Positions 42,292 through 53,686 of a stretch of 64,000 bases of DNA are shown here, piece after piece. The stretch is from Myxococcales bacterium (lineage in GTDB: Bacteria; Myxococcota_A; UBA9160; UBA4427). The stretch is from the NCBI GenBank assembly GCA_012960035.1, contig DUBZ01000013.1, positions 3,228-67,227 of the forward strand, read 5' to 3'. The notes under the pieces were generated by a model. That model ran no database searches. It was not told where the DNA came from and saw only the letters and a program-made list of their open reading frames with translations. The position numbers and the translations under genes were made by a program. Position 1 is the first letter of the stretch. Each line of letters starts with the position of its first letter.

Positions 42292-43008
42292 GTGAGCGAA
42301 TCTGATTCTCTGCTCGAACAAATTCGGCTTGCGCGAGAAAAGTACGCCGAGGCGCCAGGCACCTGGCCGGCGAAGCGCGAACTCGCCGACGCCGTGCGTG
42401 AGCTGATGCACAACTTGGCTGCCACAGACGCGCCCGAAGAAGAGCTGCTTTCGATCGCCGAACAGGTGCGCGAAAGCGCTCGTCGTTTCGCGGTGCAGCC
42501 GGTGATGGACAACCCGCCGGGTGTTGCAGAAATGTCGCTCGCTGCGGGCATGGAGGTCTTTCGCGACCGCAGTCCGGTGGTCGGCATGGCGAACCCGCTC
42601 GCTCCGCCCGCTGAACTGGTGGTCGATCTCGACGAGAAGACCGTCACTGGCGACGTTTTTTTTGGAGCGGCCTATCAAGGTGCACCGGGTTGCGTCCACG
42701 GTGGCTTCGTTGCGGCGCTCTTCGACGAAGCCCTCGGCATGGCGACGATCTTTTCGGGTCAACCGGGCATGACGGGTTGGATCAAAGTTTCGTATCGCAG
42801 CCCTACGCCCCTTGAAACGCCGCTGCGCATCTCGGCGCGCATGGACGATTTCACAGGTCGAAAGATCATGACATCGGCCGAACTCATGGCCGGAGACACC
42901 CTTGTCGCCGAAGCCACGGGCCTGCTCATCACAATTCCAAACGAAAAATTTGCACAGCTGCGCAACGCAGCGGCTGAGCGAAAAGAGAAGTCCAAACGTC
43001 CGGCGTAA
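42292..43008 (+). CDS. PaaI-family (hotdog) thioesterase
   Basis: GAPGCVHGGFVAALFDE, YRSPTPL. Confidence 0.85.
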   Translation: MSESDSLLEQIRLAREKYAEAPGTWPAKRELADAVRELMHNLAATDAPEEELLSIAEQVRESARRFAVQPVMDNPPGVAEMSLAAGMEVFRDRSPVVGMANPLAPPAELVVDLDEKTVTGDVFFGAAYQGAPGCVHGGFVAALFDEALGMATIFSGQPGMTGWIKVSYRSPTPLETPLRISARMDDFTGRKIMTSAELMAGDTLVAEATGLLITIPNEKFAQLRNAAAERKEKSKRPA

Positions 43009-43026
43009 GCCGGTGGTCAACGCTCC

Positions 43027-44544
43027 TTAGCGACCCACCACCACTGCAGCATTGACCTGCAAACGTCCCTGACTCTCGAACGCTGCCCGGCGATCGTTAA
43101 TCCAGGCTTCGAGGATCTGGTTTTGTCGCTGCGCGTCGAGGCTCTGCTTTGCTGAAGCCACCGCAGCATCGAGGGTGCTGGGGTCGGGCTCTTGGCGTTC
43201 GAGCAACTGGATCAAAACCTTTTGCGTTCCCACGTCGAACACGGTCGATGAACTCGGCGCGTCGGCGGTCAACGTAAACGCTGTCGCGATGACCTCGGGA
43301 GAGGGCAGCGTCAAGCCGGGAACGAAGCCATCACGTCGTCGTGTAAAGAAGCTCGTGCGTTCGAGCGTCAGGCCGGCAGCGCGCGCGGCGTCTTCGAGGG
43401 ACTGTCCTCCATCTACCGAAGTGGAAAGGTCGCTTGCAAGCTTCGCTGCAGCTTCGGCACTTGCTCCTTCAGCTGCGAGGACGAGGCCCGCTTCGTCGAA
43501 ACTCTGCTTGCTCGCTTCGATCTTCGAGTCGACGCGAACGATGTGCAGACCTTCGGGACCCTCAATGATTTCGCTGTGGGTTCCGGCCACGAGGTCAAAG
43601 GCGGCAGCTTCAATCGCGGGTGCAACATCACCGCGCCCGATCGGCCCAAGATCGCCGCCATTCTCGCTGGAACTCGTGTCGTCCGAAAGCTCTTCGGCGA
43701 GGAGGGCGAAGTCTTCACCTGCCTGGAGCCGTGCCAGTGCTTCGTCGGCCCGGGTGCGATTGGCGGTGGCGTCACCGTCAGTTGCTCTGAACAGGATGTG
43801 GCGCAGCACGACCTGTTCAGGGGAATCGAAACGACTGGATTCAACGTCGTATGCGGCCTGCAGGGCTTCTCGATTGGCTTCGAAGTAGGCCTTGGCGTCT
43901 TCGTCGCTAGGTCGCTTGTTTTCGGGAAGGTTTCCCGTATCGAGAGCGACGTACGCGATCTGGACTTCTTCGGCCTTGTATCGCGCCGACCTCAATGCTT
44001 CCTCGTCGCTCACGCGACTCTGGGTCATGATCAATTCGAACATTTTCTGCTGTAAAAGGTCGCGTTGCATGGTGCTGAGGTAATTCGCCTGGCTGCCGTA
44101 CGTGTATCTCACGTTTGAATCGAAAGTTGCCTGGTCGAAACGCCCGTCTTCGTCGCGAAGGTTGGGGTTGTTTCGCAAGAGGTTCTTGACCTCTTCGGCA
44201 CTGACGACAAGCCCCACCTCCTTGGCGGACTGGGCGAGCACGAGGGAATTGACCAAGGACTGAAGCGTCTGAGAGTCGAGGAAGGAAGCCAGCGCGTCCG
44301 GGTCGAACTGAGCGCCGAGGGCGGCCTGCATGCGTTGTTGTTGTTGTTCCCGCACCCTACGAAAGTCCGAAACGAGAATGAGTTGGTCGTCGAGTGATGC
44401 GACCGTGTCATCCGACGCACCCGGCCCTGAGCCACCGCCGGGAACTTGTCCGTCGAGACCGAGGAAAAAGACGAAAACGATTCCGATGGCAAAAATGAAG
44501 ATTGCGGTAAGCCATCTTGAGCTCTTGCGAAATTTATCGAGCAC
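43027..44544 (-). CDS. Periplasmic folding chaperone PpiD-like (SurA-N plus parvulin domain)
   Basis: N-terminal TM anchor, RHILF, FALLAEELSDD, NGGDLG; AAGGAGG before GTG at 44544. Confidence 0.85.
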   Translation of the reverse strand: MLDKFRKSSRWLTAIFIFAIGIVFVFFLGLDGQVPGGGSGPGASDDTVASLDDQLILVSDFRRVREQQQQRMQAALGAQFDPDALASFLDSQTLQSLVNSLVLAQSAKEVGLVVSAEEVKNLLRNNPNLRDEDGRFDQATFDSNVRYTYGSQANYLSTMQRDLLQQKMFELIMTQSRVSDEEALRSARYKAEEVQIAYVALDTGNLPENKRPSDEDAKAYFEANREALQAAYDVESSRFDSPEQVVLRHILFRATDGDATANRTRADEALARLQAGEDFALLAEELSDDTSSSENGGDLGPIGRGDVAPAIEAAAFDLVAGTHSEIIEGPEGLHIVRVDSKIEASKQSFDEAGLVLAAEGASAEAAAKLASDLSTSVDGGQSLEDAARAAGLTLERTSFFTRRRDGFVPGLTLPSPEVIATAFTLTADAPSSSTVFDVGTQKVLIQLLERQEPDPSTLDAAVASAKQSLDAQRQNQILEAWINDRRAAFESQGRLQVNAAVVVGR

Positions 44545-45012
44545 AGGACCTCCTTTTAAATCGCGTACGAAGAACGACGGGGCCGATGACCGGCCCCAAA
44601 TGAATGAGAACAACATCCTAGGGCGCGGACAGTAGTGACGAGTTTTACCCGGAGCAAGCCAAGCCTTTCTTCGTACTTCGGCGAGTCGCGCGCCAAACGT
44701 GTTGGCCTTCGCCGACCCAGATTGCGAATGAAGCGGCGCCAGAGGTGCTTCTTCGCTTGTGATCGAAGGGGGCGATTGGTATTGTGCCCGCTTGAGGGCG
44801 CCAACCAAACATCCGCGAATTCGAGCACTTAGGTACGAGCGATGCGAATGGCTTTGGGCTCGAAGTCCAGAGCAAGTGGGTGCCCGGAAGATCCAGCAAT
44901 GTTAATTCCAGGACCAGGATCGACAACAAACTTGACAGACCGTTAAAAGATCGACCGGCGCTTCGAATCACAGTTCGTCAGCACGGAAAATGAACCACGA
45001 CGCCAAATATAG

Positions 45013-46137
<1,125 letters not shown>

Positions 46138-46219
46138 ACCGGGATTTCGCACGGCAGATCTCTGTAGCTGCCCGTGAAACCAGGGGTTTTTGCGTGATCG
46201 CCGGTCGCTGCGAGGGGCC

Positions 46220-47176
46220 ATGTTCGAGTTCCTGAAGCGATTTTCCGCACCGATTGCGTTCGTCTGCCTGCTCCTGCTGGCGGCGGTCGCGATGATTGGC
46301 GACTCGCGCGAAGAGCGCGCGCCAGGTGAGCAATTGCCTTGGTGGCGAGAACTCGTGCTCGAAGTTGTGGCGCCGGTTCAGCAGTTGGTTTCAGTCCCCG
46401 CCACCGCGGTGAGCGATGTATGGAATCGCTACATCAACTTGATTGCAGTTGGTGAAGAGAACGAACGCCTCGCCGAGCGCGTCGCCGATCTCGAAGAAGT
46501 CAACCTGCAGTACCGCGAGGCGTTGGTTGCGAGCGGCCACTTGCAACGCATTGCCGCGATGCGCGACGACTTCGAAGTTCCGATGCTGCCCGCGCAGGTT
46601 GTCGGGCTCGACATCTCTCTTTGGTTTCGCTCGGTCGTCATTGACCGCGGACGAGCTCACGGCGTGAGCGCGGGCAACCCCATCATTACCAACAGCGGTG
46701 TGGCGGGACTCGTCACTGCGGCGTCGGGGCATGCGGCAAAGGCCATGTTGTTGGTCGATCGCCAAAGTGCGGTCGACGGTGTGGTGCAGCGAAGCCGAAC
46801 CCGTGGAGTTGTTCGTGGCAATGGTTCCGGTGCGCTCGAGTTCGAATTTGTTGCGCGCGACGGAGACGTTCAGTCCGGGGACATTGTTCTGACTTCTGGA
46901 CTCGACGCGATCTATCCCAAGGGTCTTCGCATCGGTGAAGTGCAAATGGTTCGCGACCGCGGGAGCGACTTGATCCAGGCCGCGACCCTTGCGCCGGCAG
47001 TTGACTTCGAACGACTCGAACAAGTCTTCGTGATGTTCCATCAAGGCCCCACGATGGAACTCTTGTATGGCAACGCCGTCGAAGACGATGCCGACTTGAG
47101 TTCAGACAAAGTGGCGCCCAAGCCCGCGGCGGGCGACGTGGCTTTCGGCCCCGAAAACTTGAAGCCCGCGTCATGA
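46220..47176 (+). CDS. mreC: Rod shape-determining protein MreC
   Basis: TM, coiled coil, IDRG, TSGLDAIYPKG; operon position. Confidence 0.92.
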   Translation: MFEFLKRFSAPIAFVCLLLLAAVAMIGDSREERAPGEQLPWWRELVLEVVAPVQQLVSVPATAVSDVWNRYINLIAVGEENERLAERVADLEEVNLQYREALVASGHLQRIAAMRDDFEVPMLPAQVVGLDISLWFRSVVIDRGRAHGVSAGNPIITNSGVAGLVTAASGHAAKAMLLVDRQSAVDGVVQRSRTRGVVRGNGSGALEFEFVARDGDVQSGDIVLTSGLDAIYPKGLRIGEVQMVRDRGSDLIQAATLAPAVDFERLEQVFVMFHQGPTMELLYGNAVEDDADLSSDKVAPKPAAGDVAFGPENLKPAS

Positions 47177-47204
47177 AGCGCCCGCCGTTTCGAGCGGTGA
47201 ATTC

Positions 47205-47744
47205 ATGAAGCGGGTGCTTGTCATTTTTGCGCTCGGCTTGATCGCACTCGGCGTACAAGGTGGGCTCGCGAAAATTCTTCCCCGAGAATTGTGTCCTGAC
47301 CTTGGTCTCTTGGTCGTGATCGCAATTGGGTTGCACTGGCAAGAAACGACGCGCGGGTTGATCGTCGCTTCAGCACTTGGTTTCGCGGCGGACTTTCTTT
47401 CGAGTTCACTCTTTGGTGCTCACGCTTTATTGCGTGTAGTCGCTTACGCGATGACGACGGTTGGGCGTAGCCAAATGGATCTGCGCAGCGGCCTCGCCCT
47501 CGCATTGTTCGCCGGTGGGCTCACAGTTGCATACGCGATGGGGTTGCTTGGGCTGATGTCGATCGTCGATGGCCCGGGACAAAAAGCGGCTTGGACGGGA
47601 ATTGGGGGCATGCTCCCTCATGCCGTTGTGACGGCAATTGCCGCCCCGGTGATTTCGAGTTTGGTGAGTCGGTTGTCAGAATGGGCCGACGGAGAAGCGA
47701 GCCGACCCGGGCTGCAGATCGACGCGAGTAGGGCGCGATCATGA
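47205..47744 (+). CDS. mreD: Rod shape-determining protein MreD
   Basis: Hydrophobic protein with PDL and GFAAD..S motifs between mreC and mrdA. Confidence 0.8.
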   Translation: MKRVLVIFALGLIALGVQGGLAKILPRELCPDLGLLVVIAIGLHWQETTRGLIVASALGFAADFLSSSLFGAHALLRVVAYAMTTVGRSQMDLRSGLALALFAGGLTVAYAMGLLGLMSIVDGPGQKAAWTGIGGMLPHAVVTAIAAPVISSLVSRLSEWADGEASRPGLQIDASRARS

Positions 47745-49744
47745 ATAGCGGCTTCAACGACGGCAGACTTTCCCCAGGTGGTCCTCACGGCGTTGAGAGT
47801 CGCATTGGCATCATTGCCTTCCTGGTGATCGTTGCCTTTCTGATCTTCATCGGTCGGTTGTTTCAACTGCAGATCGTTGAAGGTGCAGACCTTCGAAGTC
47901 GCTCCGAGCAAAACTTCGTGCGCACCGTACGGCTCGAAGCACCGCGGGGCGACATTGTTGACCGCGAAGGTCGAATGCTCGCGACGACCCGCCCGGCGTA
48001 CCGTGTCGAAGTGATCCCGAACGAGATCCACGATGGCGACACGACCTTTCGAGCGCTTGGTCAGATCCTTGCCGAGCCCGCAAGCGAACTCAGCACCAAG
48101 GTCGGCGCACCTCGCGGACGCAAACGTTTCCAACCGGTGCTTTTGCGCGGCGACCTCGAGTATGAACGGTTCGCCCAGGTCGAGTCCCACCGTTACGCGC
48201 TGCCCGGCGTGGTGACCACGATCGGTCCGCGCAGGCTTTATGCCGAAGAGGCGATGGCTGCACACCTTTTGGGCACAATTGGCCAAGTTGGAACCCGACA
48301 GCTCGCGCTTCCTCAGTTCAGCGATTACGTCTCGGGCGAAGTGGTGGGCCAGTTCGGTCTCGAGGCCAAACTCGAAGCGCATCTCCGCGGGCGTGCGGGC
48401 GGTCGCAACATGGTGGTCGACGTCGCGGGGCGCGAAATCGAACTCCTCGAAGAGATCAAACCCGTTCCGGGCGGGCGGGTCGTGCTCAACCTCGATGCCG
48501 ATCTGCAGCGTGTCGCCGAACAAGCCTATCGATCCCTCGACCCCGAAGTGCCCGACCACATGGGTTCGCTCATCGCCATGGACCCGAATAACGGCGAAGT
48601 CCTCGCTTTGGTTTCGCTCCCGAGTTTCAACCCGAACTCCTTCGCGGGCGGCATCGATTCCGCGACATGGGACCAGCTGACTTCCGACCCGTGGAAGCCA
48701 CTGAGCAACCGCGCGATCTCGGGCGAGTACTCCCCGGGTTCAACCTATAAAGCCGTGGTCGCCGCGGCGGGCCTCGCCGAAAAAGTAATTGATCGTCAAG
48801 AGCAGATCTATTGTCCGGGGCACTACCGATTGGGCCGCCGGGTCTATCGATGTTGGAAACGCGGCGGACACGGCGACGTGAACATGGCCGCGGCGCTCAA
48901 AGGGTCCTGCGACGTTTACTTCTATGACCTAGGTGTGCGGCTCGGAATCGATCGCATCGCGCGATACGCGTTCGGGTTCGGCTTGGGGAGAGCGACGGGG
49001 ATCGGGCTCTCTGGAGAAAGGTCAGGCCTGATCCCAACTCGCGCATGGAAGAAGAAGGCGAAGAAGGAAGACTGGATCAAGGGAGAGACGGTATCCGCAG
49101 CGATCGGACAGGGATACAACCTCACGACGCCGATTCAATTGGCGGTTGCCTATTCGGCGATCGCCAACGGCGGTCGGGTGCTGCGGCCGCAGCTGGTGAG
49201 GCGTTATGAAACTTGGGATGGCCAAGTCATTTCGATCGAAACGCCCCAAGAGATTTCACGGGTTCCCGTGTCTCGCGAAATTCTTCAGGTTGTGACCGAC
49301 GGGTTGATTGCGGTTGTGCAGGGCGAAGAGGGTACTGGGGGGCGTGCGCGTGTTCCCGGTATTACCGTCGCGGGCAAGAGCGGAACCACCCAAGTCGTCA
49401 GTCTTGACCTCGTAAAAGACATGGAGCCCGAAGAGGTTCCGGTTCGCTACCGCGACCATGCGCTGTTTGCAGCGTTTGCCCCCGCCGGAGCCCCGGAGAT
49501 CGTTGTGGTCGCTTTGGTTCAGCACGCCGGAGCAGGCGGCGGAACCGTGGCTGCGCCGATTGTGCAGAAGGTGCTCGCGCGTTACTTCGAAAAGACGCGT
49601 CCGCCAGAGCCGAAGGTCGACGACCCCCTCGCACCGCAGCTTCCAGCCGAGCCGGCGGATGATGCCGAGATCGACACGCGCGTGACAGACGCCGCGGCTG
49701 CGCGCGCTTCGCAATTCGCCCAAGTGCGAGAGGCCGCAGAATGA
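47741..49744 (+). CDS. mrdA: Penicillin-binding protein 2
   Basis: APRGDIVDR, STYK (SxxK), SCD, KSG motifs. Confidence 0.95.
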   Translation: MNSGFNDGRLSPGGPHGVESRIGIIAFLVIVAFLIFIGRLFQLQIVEGADLRSRSEQNFVRTVRLEAPRGDIVDREGRMLATTRPAYRVEVIPNEIHDGDTTFRALGQILAEPASELSTKVGAPRGRKRFQPVLLRGDLEYERFAQVESHRYALPGVVTTIGPRRLYAEEAMAAHLLGTIGQVGTRQLALPQFSDYVSGEVVGQFGLEAKLEAHLRGRAGGRNMVVDVAGREIELLEEIKPVPGGRVVLNLDADLQRVAEQAYRSLDPEVPDHMGSLIAMDPNNGEVLALVSLPSFNPNSFAGGIDSATWDQLTSDPWKPLSNRAISGEYSPGSTYKAVVAAAGLAEKVIDRQEQIYCPGHYRLGRRVYRCWKRGGHGDVNMAAALKGSCDVYFYDLGVRLGIDRIARYAFGFGLGRATGIGLSGERSGLIPTRAWKKKAKKEDWIKGETVSAAIGQGYNLTTPIQLAVAYSAIANGGRVLRPQLVRRYETWDGQVISIETPQEISRVPVSREILQVVTDGLIAVVQGEEGTGGRARVPGITVAGKSGTTQVVSLDLVKDMEPEEVPVRYRDHALFAAFAPAGAPEIVVVALVQHAGAGGGTVAAPIVQKVLARYFEKTRPPEPKVDDPLAPQLPAEPADDAEIDTRVTDAAAARASQFAQVREAAE

Positions 49745-50841
49745 AAGTCGATCGTCGTTCTTTTCAATACTTCGACTGGGTGTTGTTCGTCATTGCGGCG
49801 GTCTTGATCGCACTGGCATTCGTCAACTTGACGTCGGCGACCAACGCAGGTGTCGAGGGTGGCGTGTCGGACATCGTGCGAAGACAGGGGTTGGTGGTCG
49901 GCTTCTGTACGCTGGTGATGATGGTGATCTTGATGATCGACTATCGACATTTCGAGCGCTTTGCACTGCTGCTCTACGGTGCCAGCTTGCTGCTCTTGAT
50001 CGCGACGTTGGCAATCGCGCCCGAAATCCGGGGTGCACGCGCGTGGTTGTTTGAAGGCCGCTTCCAACCGTCTGAGTTCGCGAAGATCACGTTGGTCCTC
50101 GTGATGGCTCGCCACTTTCATCGCAACCCTCCCGAGGCCAACGCGGGGTTGCGCCAACTCATTCGACCGGCCTTGATCGCGGCGCCGCCGGTCGGCTTGA
50201 TTGTCGCGCAGAAGGACATGGGTGTGGCACTGCTAACACTGCTCGTGGCGCTGACATTCTTGCCGTTCGTTCGCTTGAGCGGTCGAGCGTGGGGTGGGAT
50301 CGCAATGGCGGGCGTGGCTGCACTCACCGCGCTCTGGACTTATGGCCTTAGGCCGTATCAGCAGCAGCGTATTCTCGACTTCATCGATCCCGAGCGCGAT
50401 CCGCTTTCGTCGGGCTACCAGGCCATGCAGTCCCGCATCGCAGTGGGAGCCGGTGGTCTCTTCGGCAGCGGTTGGATGGAAGGCACCCAGACCCAGCTGC
50501 GTTTTCTCCCGACTCAACACACCGACTTCATTTTTTCTGTGCTCGCCGAAGAATGGGGCTTTGTGGGCAGCGTGTTCGTCCTCACTCTGTTTTTATCGAT
50601 GCTGCTCTGGGGACTTTGGATCGCAACGAACTCGAAAGATGGTTTCGGCGTGATGCTCGCAGTCGGGTTGGTGGGTACGCTCTTTTGGCCGGCGGTGATC
50701 AATATCGCGATGGTGCTCGGTTTGGCACCGGTGATCGGTGTGCCGCTCCCGCTCTTTTCGTACGGCGGCTCCGCCATGCTTTCCGCGTTTATCACGCTTG
50801 GCTTACTGCTCAATATCTCGATGCGTCGATATCTATTTTGA
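49741..50841 (+). CDS. rodA: SEDS glycosyltransferase RodA
   Basis: QPSEFAK, HTDFIFSVLAEEWG, PLPLFSYGGS. Confidence 0.95.
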   Translation: MKVDRRSFQYFDWVLFVIAAVLIALAFVNLTSATNAGVEGGVSDIVRRQGLVVGFCTLVMMVILMIDYRHFERFALLLYGASLLLLIATLAIAPEIRGARAWLFEGRFQPSEFAKITLVLVMARHFHRNPPEANAGLRQLIRPALIAAPPVGLIVAQKDMGVALLTLLVALTFLPFVRLSGRAWGGIAMAGVAALTALWTYGLRPYQQQRILDFIDPERDPLSSGYQAMQSRIAVGAGGLFGSGWMEGTQTQLRFLPTQHTDFIFSVLAEEWGFVGSVFVLTLFLSMLLWGLWIATNSKDGFGVMLAVGLVGTLFWPAVINIAMVLGLAPVIGVPLPLFSYGGSAMLSAFITLGLLLNISMRRYLF

Positions 50842-51509
50842 GCCAATCGAAGATCGGTGCGTTCTTCGACATGGACAAAACGCTCATCGCCGAAAATTCG
50901 GGGTCGATTTACTTCCGCGAAGCTTGGGAGCGCGGTGAGATCAAGACGCTTGACGTTGCTCGTGGCGTCGGGGCTTATCTGCAATACAAACTCGGGACCC
51001 TCGACATCACGCGCTGGACCGAGCGCATGCTCGGCGATCTCGCCGGCCAACGCGAAGCGTTCATGTACGACGAAGGTCGGGCACTCTTCGAACGTCGCGT
51101 GAAAGCGAAGATCTATCCCGAAGCCGCGCGCCTCGTCGCGGAACATCTCGCGGATGGGCATGTCGTCGCGATCGTGTCCGGGTCGATTCGCTACTTGGTT
51201 GAACCGCTCGCAAAGTCGCTCGACGTTGCGCATGTGCTCTGTACCGAACTCGAATCGGTCGACGGCGTTCTTACAGGTCGTTGTATCGAGCCTGCTTGCC
51301 TAGAAGAGGGCAAGGTGCATTGGCTTGAAGGCTTTATCGAAGAACACGACATCGATCTTGCGCGCAGTTGGTTTTATACGGACTCGATCACTGATCTCCC
51401 TGTGCTCGAGCTTGTTGGTCACCCCATCGCGACCAACCCCGACCCACGGCTGTACCGCACCGCGGTTCGTCGAGGTTGGCCTGTGAGGTTGTTCGATGTG
51501 AAGGCCTGA
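50838..51509 (+). CDS. HAD-IB family hydrolase (SerB-like)
   Basis: FFDMDKT, IVSGS, YTDSITDLP, NPD; TTG start overlaps the rodA stop. Confidence 0.88.
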   Translation: MSQSKIGAFFDMDKTLIAENSGSIYFREAWERGEIKTLDVARGVGAYLQYKLGTLDITRWTERMLGDLAGQREAFMYDEGRALFERRVKAKIYPEAARLVAEHLADGHVVAIVSGSIRYLVEPLAKSLDVAHVLCTELESVDGVLTGRCIEPACLEEGKVHWLEGFIEEHDIDLARSWFYTDSITDLPVLELVGHPIATNPDPRLYRTAVRRGWPVRLFDVKA

Positions 51510-51519
51510 CCTTCATCGT

Positions 51520-52692
51520 TTATTGAAGGGCTTCATCCAGGATCGGTGACAGGATCGCGATCATGTCGTCGATCTCACTTGGGCTTGTTGTCAGGGACGG
51601 CATAAAGCGCAGGACGTCTGGGCGCGGCGTATTGATGAGCAAGCCCGCTTCGAAGCAGCGTGCAGCAACCTCGCTCGCAACGGGTTTGGGTAAGACCATC
51701 GCCAGCAGATGTCCTTGGCCCCTCACACTCGCCGAGTACTTTTGCGCGGTGTTTTCGAGAGTCGATCGCAGGTGATCGCTCGCCTGTGAAGCAGCATGGG
51801 CAAAGTCGGCATCACACAGTGTGTGAAGGACCGCCAAACCCACCGCGCACATCAGCGGGTTTCCGTTGAAGGTCCCGCCTTGATCGCCGGGTTCGAAGCA
51901 CGACGCCTTTTCACTGGCCAATACCGCGGCGATCGGAACTCCGCCCCCAAGCCCTTTGCCCAAGGTCATGATGTCGGGGGCGATGGTGCTGCTCTGGTAC
52001 GCGAATAGTGGCCCCGTGCGACTCATGCCTGTTTGGATTTCGTCGAAGATCAAGAGCAAGCCATGCTCATCGCAGAGTCTGCGGAGTGACGCGAGAAAGC
52101 CTTGCGGGGGCTCGACTACGCCGGCTTCACCTTGAACGGGTTCCAGCATGATGCCGACGGTTTGACTCCCGATCGCGGCCTTCACCGCGGCGAGGTTTCC
52201 AAACTCGACTCGGCAAAAGCCGTCGACACCGGGGGCGAACAACGTGTCCCAACCCGGCTTGTCCGTCGCGGCCATCGTGGCGAGGGTTCTGCCGTGGAAC
52301 GCCCCGGTGAACGTGATGATTTCGGTAGCACCGCCGCGGTTTTGCTTGCCCCATTTTCGCGCGAGCTTGATCGCGCCTTCGTTGGCTTCGGCTCCGCTAT
52401 TGCAGAAGAAGACCCGGTCGAGTCCGCTCTTTTCGCAGAGTAGTGCCGCAAGGTCGAGTTGGGGCCGGTTGTAGTAGGCGGGGCTCGGGTTGAGAAGCTG
52501 GTCGGCTTGGTGGACCAGCGACTTGCGAATCACGTCCGAAGAATGGCCGAGGCAGTTCACCGCCCAACCTTGGACAAAATCCAAGTAGCGATTGCCGGTT
52601 TCATCATAGAGCCAGCTTCCTTCGCCCCGGGTCATGACGACATCGGGTCGAGGTGTAGGGGCCAAAAGGTGGGTCGTATCGATAGGGCTCAT
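51520..52692 (-). CDS. argD: Acetylornithine aminotransferase
   Basis: NSGAEANEGAIK, FHGRT, EPVQGE, DEIQTG, PLP Lys in LGKGLGGG. Confidence 0.9.
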   Translation of the reverse strand: MSPIDTTHLLAPTPRPDVVMTRGEGSWLYDETGNRYLDFVQGWAVNCLGHSSDVIRKSLVHQADQLLNPSPAYYNRPQLDLAALLCEKSGLDRVFFCNSGAEANEGAIKLARKWGKQNRGGATEIITFTGAFHGRTLATMAATDKPGWDTLFAPGVDGFCRVEFGNLAAVKAAIGSQTVGIMLEPVQGEAGVVEPPQGFLASLRRLCDEHGLLLIFDEIQTGMSRTGPLFAYQSSTIAPDIMTLGKGLGGGVPIAAVLASEKASCFEPGDQGGTFNGNPLMCAVGLAVLHTLCDADFAHAASQASDHLRSTLENTAQKYSASVRGQGHLLAMVLPKPVASEVAARCFEAGLLINTPRPDVLRFMPSLTTSPSEIDDMIAILSPILDEALQ

Positions 52693-52840
52693 TGCGATCT
52701 CCAGTTCGCGCCAAGGCGCGACACACGCGGGGGGGGGATCGCCGGCACTTCCGACGAGGTCGCCTCCCCAACGCGATGATGGGGCGGTGCCGCGGAAGCT
52801 TTTGAGAAGAGGGTCCTAGGTGGATCGAGGACCCGAAGAA

Positions 52841-52945
52841 CTAGGAGATGATCAAAATCCGCGCGGCCGCCGGCTGTGTACGCGAACGACGACGCAGCTG
52901 CGTGACGCAGACGGCTTCGGTCAGGCTTTGATCGGGGATCAACAT
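52841..52945 (-). CDS. Putative Arg-rich leader peptide of argD (34 aa)
   Basis: MLIPDQSLTEAVCVTQLRRRSRTQPAAARILIIS; CGT CGT CGT TCG CGT; hairpin follows the stop. Confidence 0.5.
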   Translation of the reverse strand: MLIPDQSLTEAVCVTQLRRRSRTQPAAARILIIS

Positions 52946-53032
52946 GGAAACCTAGTCCCGGAATGATCGGGTGATTCGGTGAGTAGGGAACTGAGAGGGT
53001 GTCACGCTTGCGCGACATCCAACCCAAGTGAA

Positions 53033-53356
53033 TTAAACCAGCTTTTCAGCCATCTCGACAAAGTCAGCCTTGGGGCGAGCGCCCTGAAGCTGTTGCACAA
53101 CCTGGCCAGCCTGAAACGCGAGAACCGTCGGCACGGCGCGTACGCCGTACTGCCCGGGTGCGCCGGGCGAGCTGTCGATGTCGACCTTCACGATCTTCAC
53201 GCGGCCGTCAAACTGGTCGGCGAGCTCCTTGATGACCGGAGCAATCTGCTTGCACGGGCCACACCATTCTGCCCAGAAGTCGACGATCACCGGGATATCA
53301 GAATCGATCACTTCGGCTTGGAAAGTGGCATCAGTTGCGTCGACGATTACGGCCAT
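53033..53356 (-). CDS. trxA: Thioredoxin
   Basis: DFWAEWCGPC, VRAVPT. Confidence 0.95.
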   Translation of the reverse strand: MAVIVDATDATFQAEVIDSDIPVIVDFWAEWCGPCKQIAPVIKELADQFDGRVKIVKVDIDSSPGAPGQYGVRAVPTVLAFQAGQVVQQLQGARPKADFVEMAEKLV

Positions 53357-53686
53357 CGGATGTCTCCTTGAAGATGCTTCTCATTGCTCTTCGTTTGGGG
53401 GTGCTTGGACTGCGCTTTTCGTGTTCTGTCGAGCGCGCTATTTCGGGTATGGCGGTCTGTTGCAGCGGATTTGATCGGCGCGATTCTCAATCCGTCAAGC
53501 TTCTCGCTCCACTGGAATCGGGTCGTATCTTTATAGCCCGCATTCTCGGTGCTTGCCTCCGGGCTATACCCGTTTCCCCCGATTGCGAAAATGACTCGAT
53601 ACAAGTACTGGGTCTCTGTATTCTCCCCCCAAGGTGACCGCCGTCAAAACGATGGAGAACATTATCGGCGCGGGGTTGAGGACGAC

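Noticed and set aside
50472-50837. Long N-terminal extension of the HAD hydrolase overlapping rodA
   Set aside because: HAD motif I follows the TTG at 50838; the extension is an alternate frame of rodA
52689-53027. 112-aa minus-strand ORF between trxA and argD
   Set aside because: No recognisable motif and composition typical of non-coding GC-rich DNA; the short Arg-rich uORF explains the region better
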